Source: the human T2T-CHM13v2.0 reference genome, Homo sapiens
NCBI RefSeq assembly: GCF_009914755.1
Contig: NC_060932.1
Strand: one strand, 5' to 3'
Length of the DNA stretch: 64,000 nucleotides
Shown here: positions 32,310 to 46,067 of the stretch, in pieces
How the letters are laid out: each line of letters begins with the position of its first letter
How positions within the stretch are numbered: the stretch's first letter is position 1
The notes under the pieces: generated by a model
What the model saw: the letters and a program-made list of their open reading frames with translations, nothing else
The model's database searches: none
Told to the model about the DNA's origin: nothing
Made by a program: the position numbers and the translations under genes

Positions 32310-33070
32310 ACTAATTTTAGACTTCAACAAATTAATTCTGCATGTTAGAACATCCGAGGCAACCACTATGAAGCCAAGTGAGCAAATTCCAACCCAGTAG
32401 AGAAGAAAAAGAAACAAAAATAATCCAAAAGAAGTCAAGAAACGAAAAAGCAACTGGTCCTCAAATGACAGAGTACAAGGAAAGATGGTGGAAATAAATT
32501 TAAATATAATAATTACAGTAATGTAAATGGACCAATAGTCTAGTTAAGACAAAGACTGTCAGCAAGATTTTAAAGATCTTGGTAAAGATCTATACCAAAC
32601 ACATCTAAAGTATAAGGGCAGGAAATTCTAAAAGTCAAGAATGGAAGAGACAGAGCTGATGCGGCTCCATCGAGGCTGGCTCTGTGGATACAAGGCTTCC
32701 GCGACTGGCGAGGCGACCCAGACCTGACAGGCGGCCTCGCGGCACAGACACAAAGCAGGCAGACGTGTTCCAGGAGGCACCCGACGTCTGCAGCGACAGA
32801 GGAGATGGTACAAGAAGCCTTGCTTTACCTTGCAGGTGTGCAGAACGCCGACCCAAGAAACGGAAAACACAGATTCACCATCCAGGGAGTGTCTCTGAAA
32901 CTGACCACAGAGCAGGGCATGAAGCAACGTCTGGGCAAATGTCAGAGGCCGCAGCACCCAGGCAGGCCTCTGTCAAATGCACCGCCCAGAATCAGGGATG
33001 AGAGAGGCCACTGGGCAAGTAAGCACACAGAGCAGACAAAAAGCCTCCCAGAGAAGGACTAGCAGTGAGT
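32310..33070 (+). mobile_element. Decayed L1 inter-ORF / ORF2 endonuclease start
   Basis: GAAAGATGGTGGAAATAAAT...AATTACAGTAATGTAAATGGACCAA...AGTTAAGACAAAGACTGTCAG. Confidence 0.65.
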
Positions 33071-33719
33071 GAGGAGCTCTGCGCCCGCATCCCTCACTTG
33101 TTGGGGTGACAACAGCACACCAACTGCAAAGGCCCATGACCATGCTTGGCATCAGCAGCAGCCTTGGGCGTCCCAGCTAAGACCTGGAGAGCTGACGGAG
33201 CAGCCTCGTGCTGCAAACAAGCAGGACCCTCCACCCATCAGAAAGAGCCCAGACCTCACCAGCACGCAGGCCTCCCGAAGAGAAGCTTCCTTACGCTCGT
33301 GCTAAATCAGCCAGGAGCCATACGAGGTCGGCCCTGTAAGCCACACCCACCTGCACCTGTGCCTGCCATGTTAGCCCCAGTGACTTGGCCGTGCCGACAG
33401 CCATGACGAGCGCCCTTTGCACTAAGTGTAAAGCGTACAGTATAGGATACACTTTTGGGCTTGGACAAAACAATGAATCATTAAATATATAAAATAATCA
33501 TCGTCTCAAGAAATAATTTTATATGAATAAAGAGGAAAGAAGAGGAAGCATGAAATCCACAACTCACTGGGCCTGAGAATGAACTAGAACACATCATTTC
33601 TCTCTGATCAATCACACCCCAATCTCCTTCTGAAGACCAGTGAAGACTCGCCTGTGTGGCAAGGCTGCCTCTAACCCGCACATCTGCACCGACACGGCTG
33701 CACGAACAGCAAAACCGCA

Positions 33720-34838
33720 GCATCCCCCGTCCCGGCGGCCCGGTTCACGGAGCACTCACTGCACACTGCGGCAGCCCCTGTCCCGGCGGCCCGGTTCACG
33801 GAGCACTCACTGCACACTGCGGCAGCCCCTGTCCCGGCGGCCCGGTTCACGGAGCACTCACTGCACACTGCGGCAGCCCCTGTCCCGGCGGCCCCGTTCA
33901 CGGAGCACCCACTGCACACTGCGGCAGCCCCTGTCCCGGCGGCCCGGTTCACGGAGCACCCACTGCACACTGCGGCAGCCCCTGTCCCCGCGGCCCCGTT
34001 CACGGAGCACTCACTGCACACTGCGGCAGCCCCTGTCCCGGCGGCCCCGTTCACGGAGCACTCACTGCACACTGCGGCAGCCCCTGTCCCGGCGGCCCCG
34101 TTCACGGAGCACCCACTGCACACTGCGGCAGCCCCTGTCCCGGCGGCCCCGTTCACGGAGCACTCACTGCACACTGCGGCAGCCCCTGTCCCGGCGGCCC
34201 GGTTCACGGAGCACCCACTGCACACTGCGGCATCCCCTGTCCCGGCGGCCCGGTTCACGGAGCACTCACTGCACACTGCGGCAGCCCCTGTCCCCGCGGC
34301 CCCGTTCACGGAGCACTCACTGCACACTGCGGCAGCCCCTGTCCCGGCGGCCCCGTTCACGGAGCACTCACTGCACACTGCGGCAGCCCCTGTCCCGGCG
34401 GCCCGGTTCACGGAGCACCCACTGCACACTGCGGCATCCCCTGTCCCGGCGGCCCGGTTCACGGAGCACTCACTGCACACTGCGGCAGCCCCTGTCCCCG
34501 CGGCCCCGTTCACGGAGCACTCACTGCACACTGCGGCAGCCCCTGTCCCGGCGGCCCCGTTCACGGAGCACCCACTGCACACTGCGGCAGCCCCTGTCCC
34601 GGCGGCCCCGTTCACGGAGCACCCACTGCACACTGCGGCATCCCCTGTCCCGGCGGCCCCGTTCACGGAGCACCCACTGCACACTGCGGCAGCCCCTGTC
34701 CCCGCGGCCCCGTTCACGGAGCACTCACTGCACACTGCGGCAGCCCCTGTCCCGGCGGCCCCGTTCACGGAGCACCCACTGCACACTGCGGCAGCCCCTG
34801 TCCCGGCGGCCCCGTTCACGGAGCACCCACTGCACTGC
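33720..34838. repeat. 51-bp CpG-rich minisatellite x22
   Basis: Unit GCAGCCCCTGTCCCGGCGGCCCGGTTCACGGAGCACTCACTGCACACTGCG, with exact period 51. Confidence 0.97.
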
Positions 34839-35480
34839 AGCAGGCCCAGCAAAAGCCCTGCCAACACCACCAGCATCTCTTCCTGAGTCCTGACCTCCCC
34901 ACGTACAAGGTGGACCCCCACGGCCCGTCTCCAAGACCAAGGTCTGCCCTCCTACCGGGGACACGCCCGCGGCTCTGCTGGGCAGCTTCCCTCCCCTCCC
35001 CTCCTCGGCTAGAGACCCCTCTCTCTGCAGTTCCCCCTCCTGACACTTGAGTGGGGCTCCCCAGATGTCTGGCCCCAAGAAAGGCACAGCATGGAGGCAG
35101 CAGCACTGAGGTGGGACAACAGCCCCCACAAGACATCCCTGAAACTCCTGCTGGGATAAGGTTCGTGGCTTGCAGCTGTCGGGGCCATGTTTGTCCCCCC
35201 TGGGGAGAGGATCCCCCCGCAAAAACACCAGGGAGCAGAAATGAAAAACAAGAAAAAGAAGACAGACCACCTGGCACCTGGATCCAGCTGTCCTGGAACC
35301 CAGCCCCTCACAAAGGAGCCAGGCCAAGGCTGCAGCTGCCTCTGCTGTTTGGATCCGACCGCCATCCCAGTGTCTGCAGCTGCCAGGGACAGGCGGGGGA
35401 CACAGGAGGGGGCTCTGGTGTCACCCTTCATTTTCAGCTGGTTGACCTTCCAGGCCACAATGCAAGAAAGGGGGTCCACT

Positions 35481-36116
<636 letters not shown>

Positions 36117-36669
36117 TCAGCAGCATGGGAGCCTTGCCCCTGCCTCGGAGCCAGTGGGGGGCCCGCCGCAACTCAGACTCTGGCCCAGCTGCATGCAGAC
36201 CAATGCAGTGGGCTGGGGGCCGTGTTCCCCAGGAGGCTGGCACTGCCAGTCCTGCACCTGCGGGAGAGCCATGGCTGGCATCGGGCACAGCAGCCTCTCA
36301 GGCTCTCACTCAGGGTATTTTGACACAAACTGCAGGTGGCTGATGTTGGCCCCACACAGAGACAGCGTCCTCAGAGAGGGGTGGCGTGGGGTACCATGGT
36401 GGTCACCATGCAGGGCAGGGGCCAGGTGCCACCTGTGGACAGAAGACATCACCCGCTGCTCTCCCCAGCCCTTTGAGCATAGCATGGTGTGGGCTGTCAG
36501 TGAACATTTGCCAGGTAAAAGCAACCCAGTCATTCAAGCAGGGGACACTCATGAGAGCTACAGCAGGAAAAATAGCCAGGAGAACACACACAGAGAGGGC
36601 TGGTCCAGCAACCCTCGTGCCAGATGAGAGGCAGCAGCACAGAGGGCATTCCGGAGTGGCATGCCAAGT

Positions 36670-36900
36670 CAAACGGCAATCCTGAATGTACGTGGCATCA
36701 TCCAGCTTTAGGTTTACAAAGCAAATGCTGGCAGAACTGAAAGGAAAAACAGACAAACCCACAACCACAGTGGGAGATTTAAAACCGTCTCTCTCGATAA
36801 CTGACAGGGTGGGCAGACAACAAAACAAGATCACCGATCTAGAAGAACACAGATTCCCAACAGTCAATGAACCAACCAGGCTGGCCTGACTCCAACCAAC
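36670..36900 (+). mobile_element. L1 ORF2 endonuclease fragment
   Basis: ORF 36686-36889 KQMLAELKGKTDKPTTTVGDLKPSLSITDR resembles L1 IVGDFNTPLS.MDR. Confidence 0.8.
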
Positions 36901-38812
36901 AGGGAACCCACCCTCTAAATAACCCATGGGCCAAAGAACTACCCCAGGCTGCTGAATTCCTTGTGTCTGTCCTAAGCTCAGCCCACCACCAGTTTGTAGG
37001 AATTCCATGCCCCACATCCTGGTCCAGCTTCTCACTGCCCCACCCTGTCACCGCTGTGCCTGGGCGGGACTCATGCGATTCTTGTGATGGCAGGCGTGTC
37101 TCCCACCACCGAAATCCAGCTTCGCATTGCCGCACCCCATCACTTTTGCGCCCGGGAGGACGCGTGCGATTCTTGTGATGGCGGATGCATCTCCCACCAC
37201 CAAAGTCCAGCACCTGCCACGCGCTTCCCATTAGTGCCTCCCTCCCCCAAAGGTGTTGGCTCACACCCTCCGTCCACTCCTTTACTGGATCTTACTAACT
37301 TGGAAACGTTTTCTGTAGGTTCACAAAGTGCACAGAATGAGTGTCTTCAGCTACATGAGTTGCAAACTCTAGGTTTGAGGCCACATTGCTCTTCTCGGTA
37401 TCTTCTGTAACGGAAGGTTTTTCCCTTTTCCCAGTCACCACTCACCCTGCTGCCTGATTAGGGGCAGCCTCAGCCTAAGGCGGAGCTGCACCAATGGCGA
37501 CACCTCAAGAGCAGACCCGCAGGCTCTAGCGGGCCGAAGGCAGAGCACGGCCGTGAGACCTCCAGGGCTCCAAGAGCAGACCCGCAGGCTCCAGCGGGGC
37601 TGAGGCGGAGCACGGCTGTGAGACCTCCAGGGCTTGGCTGCATGGGCCCTGGCAGATGTTAGAGCTGCAGCAGGCTGGGGAAGGCCAGCAGGAGTGGGGC
37701 TGGGGACAGCCAAGTGTGAGGGGCTCATCCTGCATGAGCTACCCAAAAGCAAGTGTGGTTTCAGAAGTCTGAGCTTTGGAGACAAACCTGAAAGACATCA
37801 GCAAACAGATTCAACCCTGTGAAATTGTATTTTTCTTGATCAACAAAAGTAGCAGCTTTGTGTGGTACACCGGGTGATGGCATTGACAGCAATGAGCGCC
37901 TCTGCCCAGGGGCCTGGGGCCAGACCTGTGCTGGCAGAGGGTGGAGAGGACGAGACTCGGGTGGGGCTGCGACAGGAAGAGGAGGAGGGCGCTGGGTGGT
38001 GGCCGGGGGACTTTAAGCTGCAATAGTGTTGGTGTGTGCAGAGAGGACGGCCCTGTGGGAAGTGTTGGGGGACTTGCTGGGGGCACATCCTGAGGGATGG
38101 CAAAGGCGGCACCTCCCAACTGTGAGTCCAGGTGCAGCACAACGCAGGGGCAGGGGACACTGTGGGGGGCCCTGGGGGCTGATTCTAGCCCCAACCACCA
38201 CAAGGGCAACTTCTTACTGAGAGACAGGCAAGGCTGAACCCCAGCCCCAACAGGCCCCTGGCAATGGTGTGGGACGAGCCCAGATGCCAACACCAGGCAT
38301 CCCAGCAACATGCTTGAGGCCCAGAGCACACGAGCCGAACAGGAACCGGCAGGCCTGGTCAACAGCAGTGGCCTGGTGCCCCAGCCCCAGCTAGGCCCCC
38401 ACCCGGCACTGTCCAGCTCCTCCTCACTGCCCCACCACAACTCATGTGCTCGCCCAGGCACAGGTGCCCTTTCCTGAAAAATGTTAGATGGGAGGTAAAG
38501 TTTTGAAACCATGCCTGTCTGGAAATGTCTTCATTCTACCTTGACAACAGATGAACTATTCGGCTTCATCAGGGTCATTCTGTCACAATTTTGAAAGTGC
38601 TTCCTGGTTCTCCAGCCCTACGGTGGCTAAGAAGCGCCCCAGCCCTGGCCCCCAGCTTCTGCAGCCTCCTAAGGGTCTGGTCTCACCCACTGTGCTGAGC
38701 ACACAAGCCCGACGTGCCTGGTGACATGCATGGTGTCCCCTCTGTCCTTTTTCTAGAACTCCAGTGACCGAGACACTGAGCTTCCTAGACTCTCCTCTTC
38801 ATTTCCTATTTG

Positions 38813-39077
38813 CTGTGGTGTGAATGAATGTCCCCCGCCAAATGCAGATGCTAGACCCAGAACCCCATGTGACAGTGTTAAGAGGTGGCACCACTAACCC
38901 CACCCCAGGGGGTGATCACGTCCTGAGGGCCTGGCCTTTCCCTCTCTTTCGCTAGGTGAGAGGTGCCAGTGAGGAGCTGGCCCTCCTCAGACGCCAACCG
39001 GCCAGGGCCTTGCTCACGGACTTCCCAGCCTCCAGAACTGTGAGAAGTAAGTTTCTGTTGTCTATAAATTACCCATC
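38813..39077 (+). mobile_element. MLT1-type MaLR LTR (truncated)
   Basis: TGAATGTCCCCC...GGACTTCCCAGCCTCCAGAACTGTGAGAA...TTTCTGTTGTCTATAAATTACCCA. Confidence 0.75.
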
Positions 39078-39488
39078 TGTAATAGGCCATTCTTGCATTG
39101 CTATAAAGCAATACCTGAGACTGTAATTTATAAAGAAAAGAGGTTTAGTTGCCTCACGGTTCTGCAGGCTGTACAGGTAGCATGGCACCAACATCCCTTG
39201 GCTTCCGGGGAGGCCTCAGGTAGCTCTGACTCATGGCGGAAGGCCAGCAGGAGCAGGTGCCTCACATGGCCAAAGCAGGGGCAAGAGGGGGCAGCTGCTG
39301 CCCACGTTTAAATGACCAGATCCATCTCGCATGAGCCAGAGCCAGAGCTCACTCATCGCCAAGGGGGTGGGCCAAGCCATTCATGAGGGATCCACCCCCA
39401 TGATCCAAACACCTCCCGCCAGACCCCACCTCCAACACCGGGGATTATATTTCAACATGAGATTTGGGCAAATATCCAACCATCCCAC
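39078..39488 (-). mobile_element. MSTB-like MaLR LTR
   Basis: TTGCATTGCTATAAAG...CTCACGGTTCTGCAGGCTGTACAGG...CATTCATGAGGGATCCACCCCCATGATCCAAACACCTCCC...CAACATGAGATTTGG. Confidence 0.85.
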
Positions 39489-41127
39489 CAGTCCAGGGCA
39501 CTTAGCTGCAGCAGCAGGAACGGACGAGGCCCCATTTCTTGCCTGTCCTTCTGCCCTTCTTTCTGGAAAGCTGCACCCTCGTCACTCATCTTCCAACCCT
39601 CGAGTTCTCATTCCCGCCATCACACCTTTAACAGCCAAGCATTTTTTCTGTTCTCTGAATATCCCTTTCTTTACGCCATCTGCCCCGTTTCACGGGTGTG
39701 ATATCCTCTCGTTCCTGAGGATAATCACACTATCTGATGCTCTTCTCTGTGAAGAGTCTCTATCTTCTGCAAGTTGAAGTTGGTCTGTGTCATTCCTGTT
39801 GGAAGCTTGACTCTGAACCTGTCGAGGTGGATGGGGCCAAGTCAGTGCAGTGCAGCTGGGCCATCTGTCGGGGTCCCTGGTGTAAGCACCTCTGGGTCTC
39901 CCTTGGCAGTTGGATCCCCCAAAGAAACCTGTGCAGAGGGAAAGGCCTGGCCGCCATCCCATTCTGGGCAGGGAACTTCCAGCTTCACCTCGGCCAGAGC
40001 CCCAGTACCAACATCTCCTGTTTTCTTGTAACCTTTTTCCAGAGAAAGGGCCTCCACACCGGGCAGGGCAACTGTCAGTGTCAAGAACTGAGAGCAAGAG
40101 TCTAGGACCCAACTGCTTTTCAAACAGCCGGTGACTGGGCCTCCGTATCTCAGCTGCCACCTCTCAGAAAGCTAGGGCCATGATTCTGAGCCCTCAGGTG
40201 AAGCCAGTGCAACGTGCACTGGTTCTCACCCTGTGAGCCCCCTTGCCACCGCCCTGCCCTCCTGGGTCTGCCAGGACCATCACTGCCCCTCCTGGAGCTT
40301 CTGACCTCCAAAGTGCTGATTCTGCTTTCTTTTTTCCATGCAAGTCACATCCTGGTGAACTTTTTTCTAAAACAGTTTCACTGCAGTATAAGTTGCACAC
40401 CTTAAGATCCATGCACTGTGAGTACACAATTCAGTGACTGCTATAAGTTCACAGAACAGGCACCGTCACCCTCCAGGAAAGCCGTGGAGCCCACCTCCCG
40501 TCACTTGTCCAGAGCACCGTCATCCTCCAGGAGAGCTGCAGAGCCCACCTCCCGTCACTTGTCCAGAGCCTGCAGCCCCTCTTCCAGCCGCACTGGAGCA
40601 GCCTGTGACCGATCAACCTCAAAGCATGTCGACAAACCCTCACTGCCTCTGCCTGGTGGCCTCAGCGTGCACGAGGACTGTGTGTCAATGAGTGGTGGGC
40701 TTGCCTGGTGGAACTGGCGAATCGAGGGGTACAGTGGGCTGCACCACAGGGCAGAGCCGGGTCTGGGCCTGGGCCGTCAGTCCCCTGCCCCAGGGGTTCT
40801 GGTGGGCTCATGGGCAGTTGCCTCACCCAGACAGGGCAGCAGGATTGCCACCAACTGGCCAAACACACTCTCCAAAGCGCCATCTCCCCAGGCAGCGCTG
40901 CACATCAGGTGATGGCCCCACAACCGCCCAGACAATTGCCCTGAGCCTGAGGCTGGGCAGGGACTCGGCACATTTCTCACAGACCCAAACCCTAATTTCT
41001 CACAAACCCAAACTCCAAAAATGCTGTCAAAGAGAAAATACTCCAACAATCATGTTTCACAATCAAGATATATTTTACTTATTTTTCATTTAAGAGGTGA
41101 ATTATGAATCCAGCTCAAGAAATCTTC

Positions 41128-41766
<639 letters not shown>

Positions 41767-41916
41767 CTACTAATTCAAAGCTAAATGCTTTGTAGTTAAC
41801 TATGAATTTCATGGAGTTTACTTTCAAGTCACACTACATTTTCTTAAAGTGGTCCTTCATAACATGGACCATGAGAACAAAAAAATTTGAAATTTGGGCC
41901 CCACTGAATTTTAATA

Positions 41917-42048
41917 GATAGAGTCTTGCTCTGTCACCCAGGCTGGAGCGCAGTGGTGATTGCAGATCCTGCAGCCTCCACCTCCAGGGCTCACTCCTAT
42001 CTCAGCCCCCAGAGCAGCCAGGACTACAGCGCGTACCACCATGCCTGG
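41917..42048 (-). mobile_element. Alu right-arm fragment
   Basis: GAGTCTTGCTCTGTCACCCAGGCTGGAG... Confidence 0.8.
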
Positions 42049-42303
42049 TGAACCTATATTTGAGTCTTAAATTTAATCCATAATCAGCACACAACAGGAA
42101 AAGCTGCCTCTCCACATGAGATTTAAAAAGATACATGAATACAAGTTCTGCAGTCAGTTGTAACAAACTGCAGAGAGGAAAACAAAACTTCTTACCCAAT
42201 TAACGGGAAAGACAAACCAAATATAAAGATGTCATCAGACTGAAAGAAGCCCTCTGTGCCCATGAAGGCAATCTAATCAGTGCCTTTCAGTCCCTGAGCC
42301 ACT

Positions 42304-43099
42304 GGGCTCCCGGGAACTCCAGGCCTCTGCTGGCGCAGTCTCCACTCCAGTCTAGAACTCCAGGCCTCTGCAGGCGCAGTCTCCACTCCTGTCTGGAACT
42401 CCAGGCCTCTGCAGGCGCAGTCTCCACTCCTGTCTGGAACTCCAGGCCTCTGCAGGCGCAGTCTCCACTCCTGTCTGGAACTCCAGGCCTCTGCAGGCGC
42501 AGTCTCCACTCCTGTCTGGAACTCCAGGCCTCTGCAGGCGCAGTCTCCACTCCTGTCTGGAACTCCAGGCCTCTGCAGGCGCAGTCTCCACTCCTGTCTG
42601 GAACTCCAGGCCTCTGCAGGCGCAGTCTCCACTCCTGTCTGGAACTCCAGGCCTCTGCAGGCGCAGTCTCCACTCCTGTCTGGAACTCCAGGCCTCTGCA
42701 GGCGCAGTCTCCACTCCTGTCTGGAACTCCAGGCCTCTGCAGGCGCAGTCTCCACTCCTGTCTGGAACTCCAGGCCTCTGCAGGCGCAGTCTCCACTCCT
42801 GTCTGGAACTCCAGGCCTCTGCAGGCGCAGTCTCCACTCCTGTCTGGAACTCCAGGCCTCTGCAGGCGCAGTCTCCACTCCTGTCTGGAACTCCAGGCCT
42901 CTGCAGGCGCAGTCTCCACTCCTGTCTGGAACTCCAGGCCTCTGCAGGCGCAGTCTCCACTCCTGTCTGGAACTCCAGGCCTCTGCAGGCGCAGTCTCCA
43001 CTCCTGTCTGGAACTCCAGGCCTCTGCAGGCGCAGTCTCCACTCGGCTCCCGGGAACTCCAGGCCCTGTGCGGGTGTAGTCTCCACTCCTGTCTGGAAC
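42304..43099. repeat. 41-bp minisatellite x~19
   Basis: Unit GAACTCCAGGCCTCTGCAGGCGCAGTCTCCACTCCTGTCTG; internal copies appear identical. Confidence 0.97.
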
Positions 43100-43222
43100 A
43101 CTTCCCTGCACATTCTGGCCTTGGGTAACTTCTGTCTCTCCTTCAGGACTAAGCTCACACATTCACTTCTCAGGGAAACATTCTCGAATCCCTAATCTAG
43201 GTGTTCCCACAAAGGATTCTGG

Positions 43223-44355
43223 TGATACTGTAAAATGTGTGCTTGGTCTTCATCCCACCCTGGCACGCAGCTCCTAAAATGCTTAGAATCTCCATGGTTA
43301 TGTTGTTTTGTACATTAGTGAGTTGACTCAGGGCTGCAGCCCCTAGGTGGCTTGAGGATGGGGTAGGTCACCAGAAAGACCAACGCACGATTAGAGGGGT
43401 GGAATTTTCAGCTGCACTCCCCATGGGGGGAGGCGAAAGAGGCTGAAGGTTAAGTTGGTCACCAACGGTTTAAGCAATCATGCCTATGTAATGACGCTTC
43501 CATAAAACCCCAAAAGGACAGCGTTCAAGAAGCTTCCAGAGAGCTGAACACATGGGGGGAGGTTTCTGGAGAACAGTGCACCTAGGGAGGGCATGGAAGC
43601 TCCAGGCCCTTTCCCCACACCTCACCCTACGCTTCTCTTCATCTGTATCCTTTGTAATATCCTCCATGATAAACATCAATGTAAGCTTCCCAAAATTCTA
43701 TGAGTCACTCTTGAAAATCAGTCAGACCCAAGGAGGGGGTGTGGGAACCCCGATTTGTACCTGGTTGGTCAGAGCTCGGGTGAATTATCCCTGGGCTTGT
43801 GATGGGCACTGGAAGTGGGGGTGGTCTTGGGGAGCTGAGCGCTTACCCGGTGGGATCTGAGTCTCCCGCTAGGTAGACAGTGTGGAGACTGAATTAGAGG
43901 GGGGCTGAGGCTACCGCCAGGTAGACAGTGTGAGGACTGACTTACAGGGTGGCTGAACACTCACCCAGTAGGATCTGAGGCTACCGCCAGGTAGACAGTG
44001 TGGGGACTGAATTAGAGGGGGGCTGAGGCTACCGCCAGGTAGACAGTGTGGGGACTGAATTAGAGGGGGGCTGAGGCTACCGCCAGGTAGACAGTGTGGG
44101 GACTGAATTAGAGGGGGCTGAGCACTTACCCGGTGGGATCTGAGGCTACCACCAGGCAGACAGTGTGAGGACTGAATTAGAGGGGGGCTGAATCTCCTGC
44201 CAGGTAAGACAGTGTGGGGACCGACTTAGAGGACACCCAGCTGGTGTCTGCTGTGGGACTGATTTGTGGCTGGTATGGAGAAACCCTTCTTGGTGACCAC
44301 AGGTAGATAATTCTTCTGTGTTGATTCTTACGGGGTGAGTGCAGAAGAAAAACTT
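43223..44355 (+). mobile_element. MER21-like LTR with internal tandem expansion
   Basis: TGATACTG...GCAGCTCCTAAAA...GGTCACCAGAAAGACCAA...AATCATGCCTATGTAATGA...GGACACCCAGCTGGTGTCTG. Confidence 0.8.
43835..44232. repeat. 48/70-bp mixed-unit array x7 within MER21
   Basis: AGGTAGACAGTGTG recurs at 43871, 43919, 43989, 44037, 44085, 44154 and 44202. Confidence 0.9.
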
Positions 44356-45403
44356 CTTAAAACTCAATACTCAGCTAATGTTAGTGGAGGATTAGCAATT
44401 AAGAGTGGGAAAGGGGTAGGAAAATGTAAACTCACAATTGAACTGCCTGGGTTAGTTTGTTTTGTTTTTACTGAGGGACTAGGGGGAGGAGTACAGAAGG
44501 AACAGAAAAGATGACAAAAGGAAGAAACTATGGGGTCTGCAGGAACCCTACACACCAGGCCAAGCTCCCGACAGCCCCAATCCTCCCTGCGATGCAGGCG
44601 ATGTGAAGATGCCCAGGAGGGCGGGACGCCTGGTACATCAGAGCAGATGCTAACACAGACACAGCATTACCAAACCCCATTTTCACTTCTGCAGGATAAA
44701 GTATGCATGACATCTGCTAGCTCTGCACACTTGCATCTTTAACCAAACTAGCCTTGTACATGTTTAAAGGACCAAGGTGGTTCCCAGCCTTGGAGCATCG
44801 CCGGGGTGACACTCCCGCACCCCAGGCTCAGCACCCTCCATTTACCACCTTGTTTTGGTAAGGAACATTTCAGTCACTTCCAGAAAAAAGATGCCTGAGG
44901 CCTTTGATAGTTTCAAAGGGTAAAGAATACTACAAAGGAAATCACTTTCCATCAGAATTTTGAACTTACTGCTTCACAGACTTCCAAACTCCAGAACTGC
45001 TATTAAGAAGTCCAAAGTTATTCTGACCCTCAATCCTGGAATGCAATCTGTGTCTTTCTGGAAGCTTTCCGAATCTTCAATCTGTTCTCAGGGTCTAGGA
45101 TTTCCAGACGCCGTGTCTTTGTGTCTTTGTACCAGTCTGTTTTCACACAGTGTGTGGGTGTCTGGTGGACTCTGGGACATTTTGTTCAGTGACTTTCTCT
45201 CATTGATGTTTCTTCCATCTCATTCCTAAAACTTTTACTATCCAGGTACTGGACTCTCTAGACTGGTCCTTGAATATTCTTTTCTCCTATTCTCCAACTC
45301 CAAATTTTTGCTCTATTTTCTGAGAGATTCTCAACTTTATCTTGCAACCCATGCTTCTGTTTAGTCTTTTTTTTCTTTTGAACCCTACAAAGATTATTTC
45401 ATT

Positions 45404-45703
<300 letters not shown>

Positions 45704-45784
45704 AATTATTTCATGCAATGTTTATAGACTTAGAGATGTGTTTACGTTTTGCTAACCATTTCTTTTTGCATCTCTCTCTCTCTC

Positions 45785-46067
45785 TTTTTTTTTTAGACGG
45801 TCTTGCTCGGTTGCCCAGGCTGGAGTGCAGTGGCACCATCATGCCTCACAGCAACCTCAAACTCCTGGGCTCAAGTGACCCTCCTGAGTAGCTGGGACCA
45901 TAGGTGTGTGCCACCCACACATGGATATTTTTCTTTCTTTTTTTTTTTTTTAGAGAGGGGTCTTGCTATGTTGCTTAGGCTGGTCTTGAACTCCTGGCCT
46001 CAAGTAATCCTCCTTCCTCAGCCTCTCAAAGTGCTGCGATAACAGGCATGACCCACCACGCCCAGCT
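45785..46067 (-). mobile_element. AluJ
   Basis: Antisense Alu. Confidence 0.9.

Noticed and set aside
33640-35050. 416-464 aa Cys/His repeat ORFs resembling a metal-binding protein
   Set aside because: The 51-bp VNTR is open in multiple frames on both strands, and its variants show no codon-position bias that I can see.
42273-43162. Three overlapping ~250-290 aa ORFs; unit faintly Alu-like on the minus strand
   Set aside because: The 41-bp unit cycles through frames. The Alu resemblance (GAGGCCTGGAGTTCCAGAC) is short and the flanks are not Alu.
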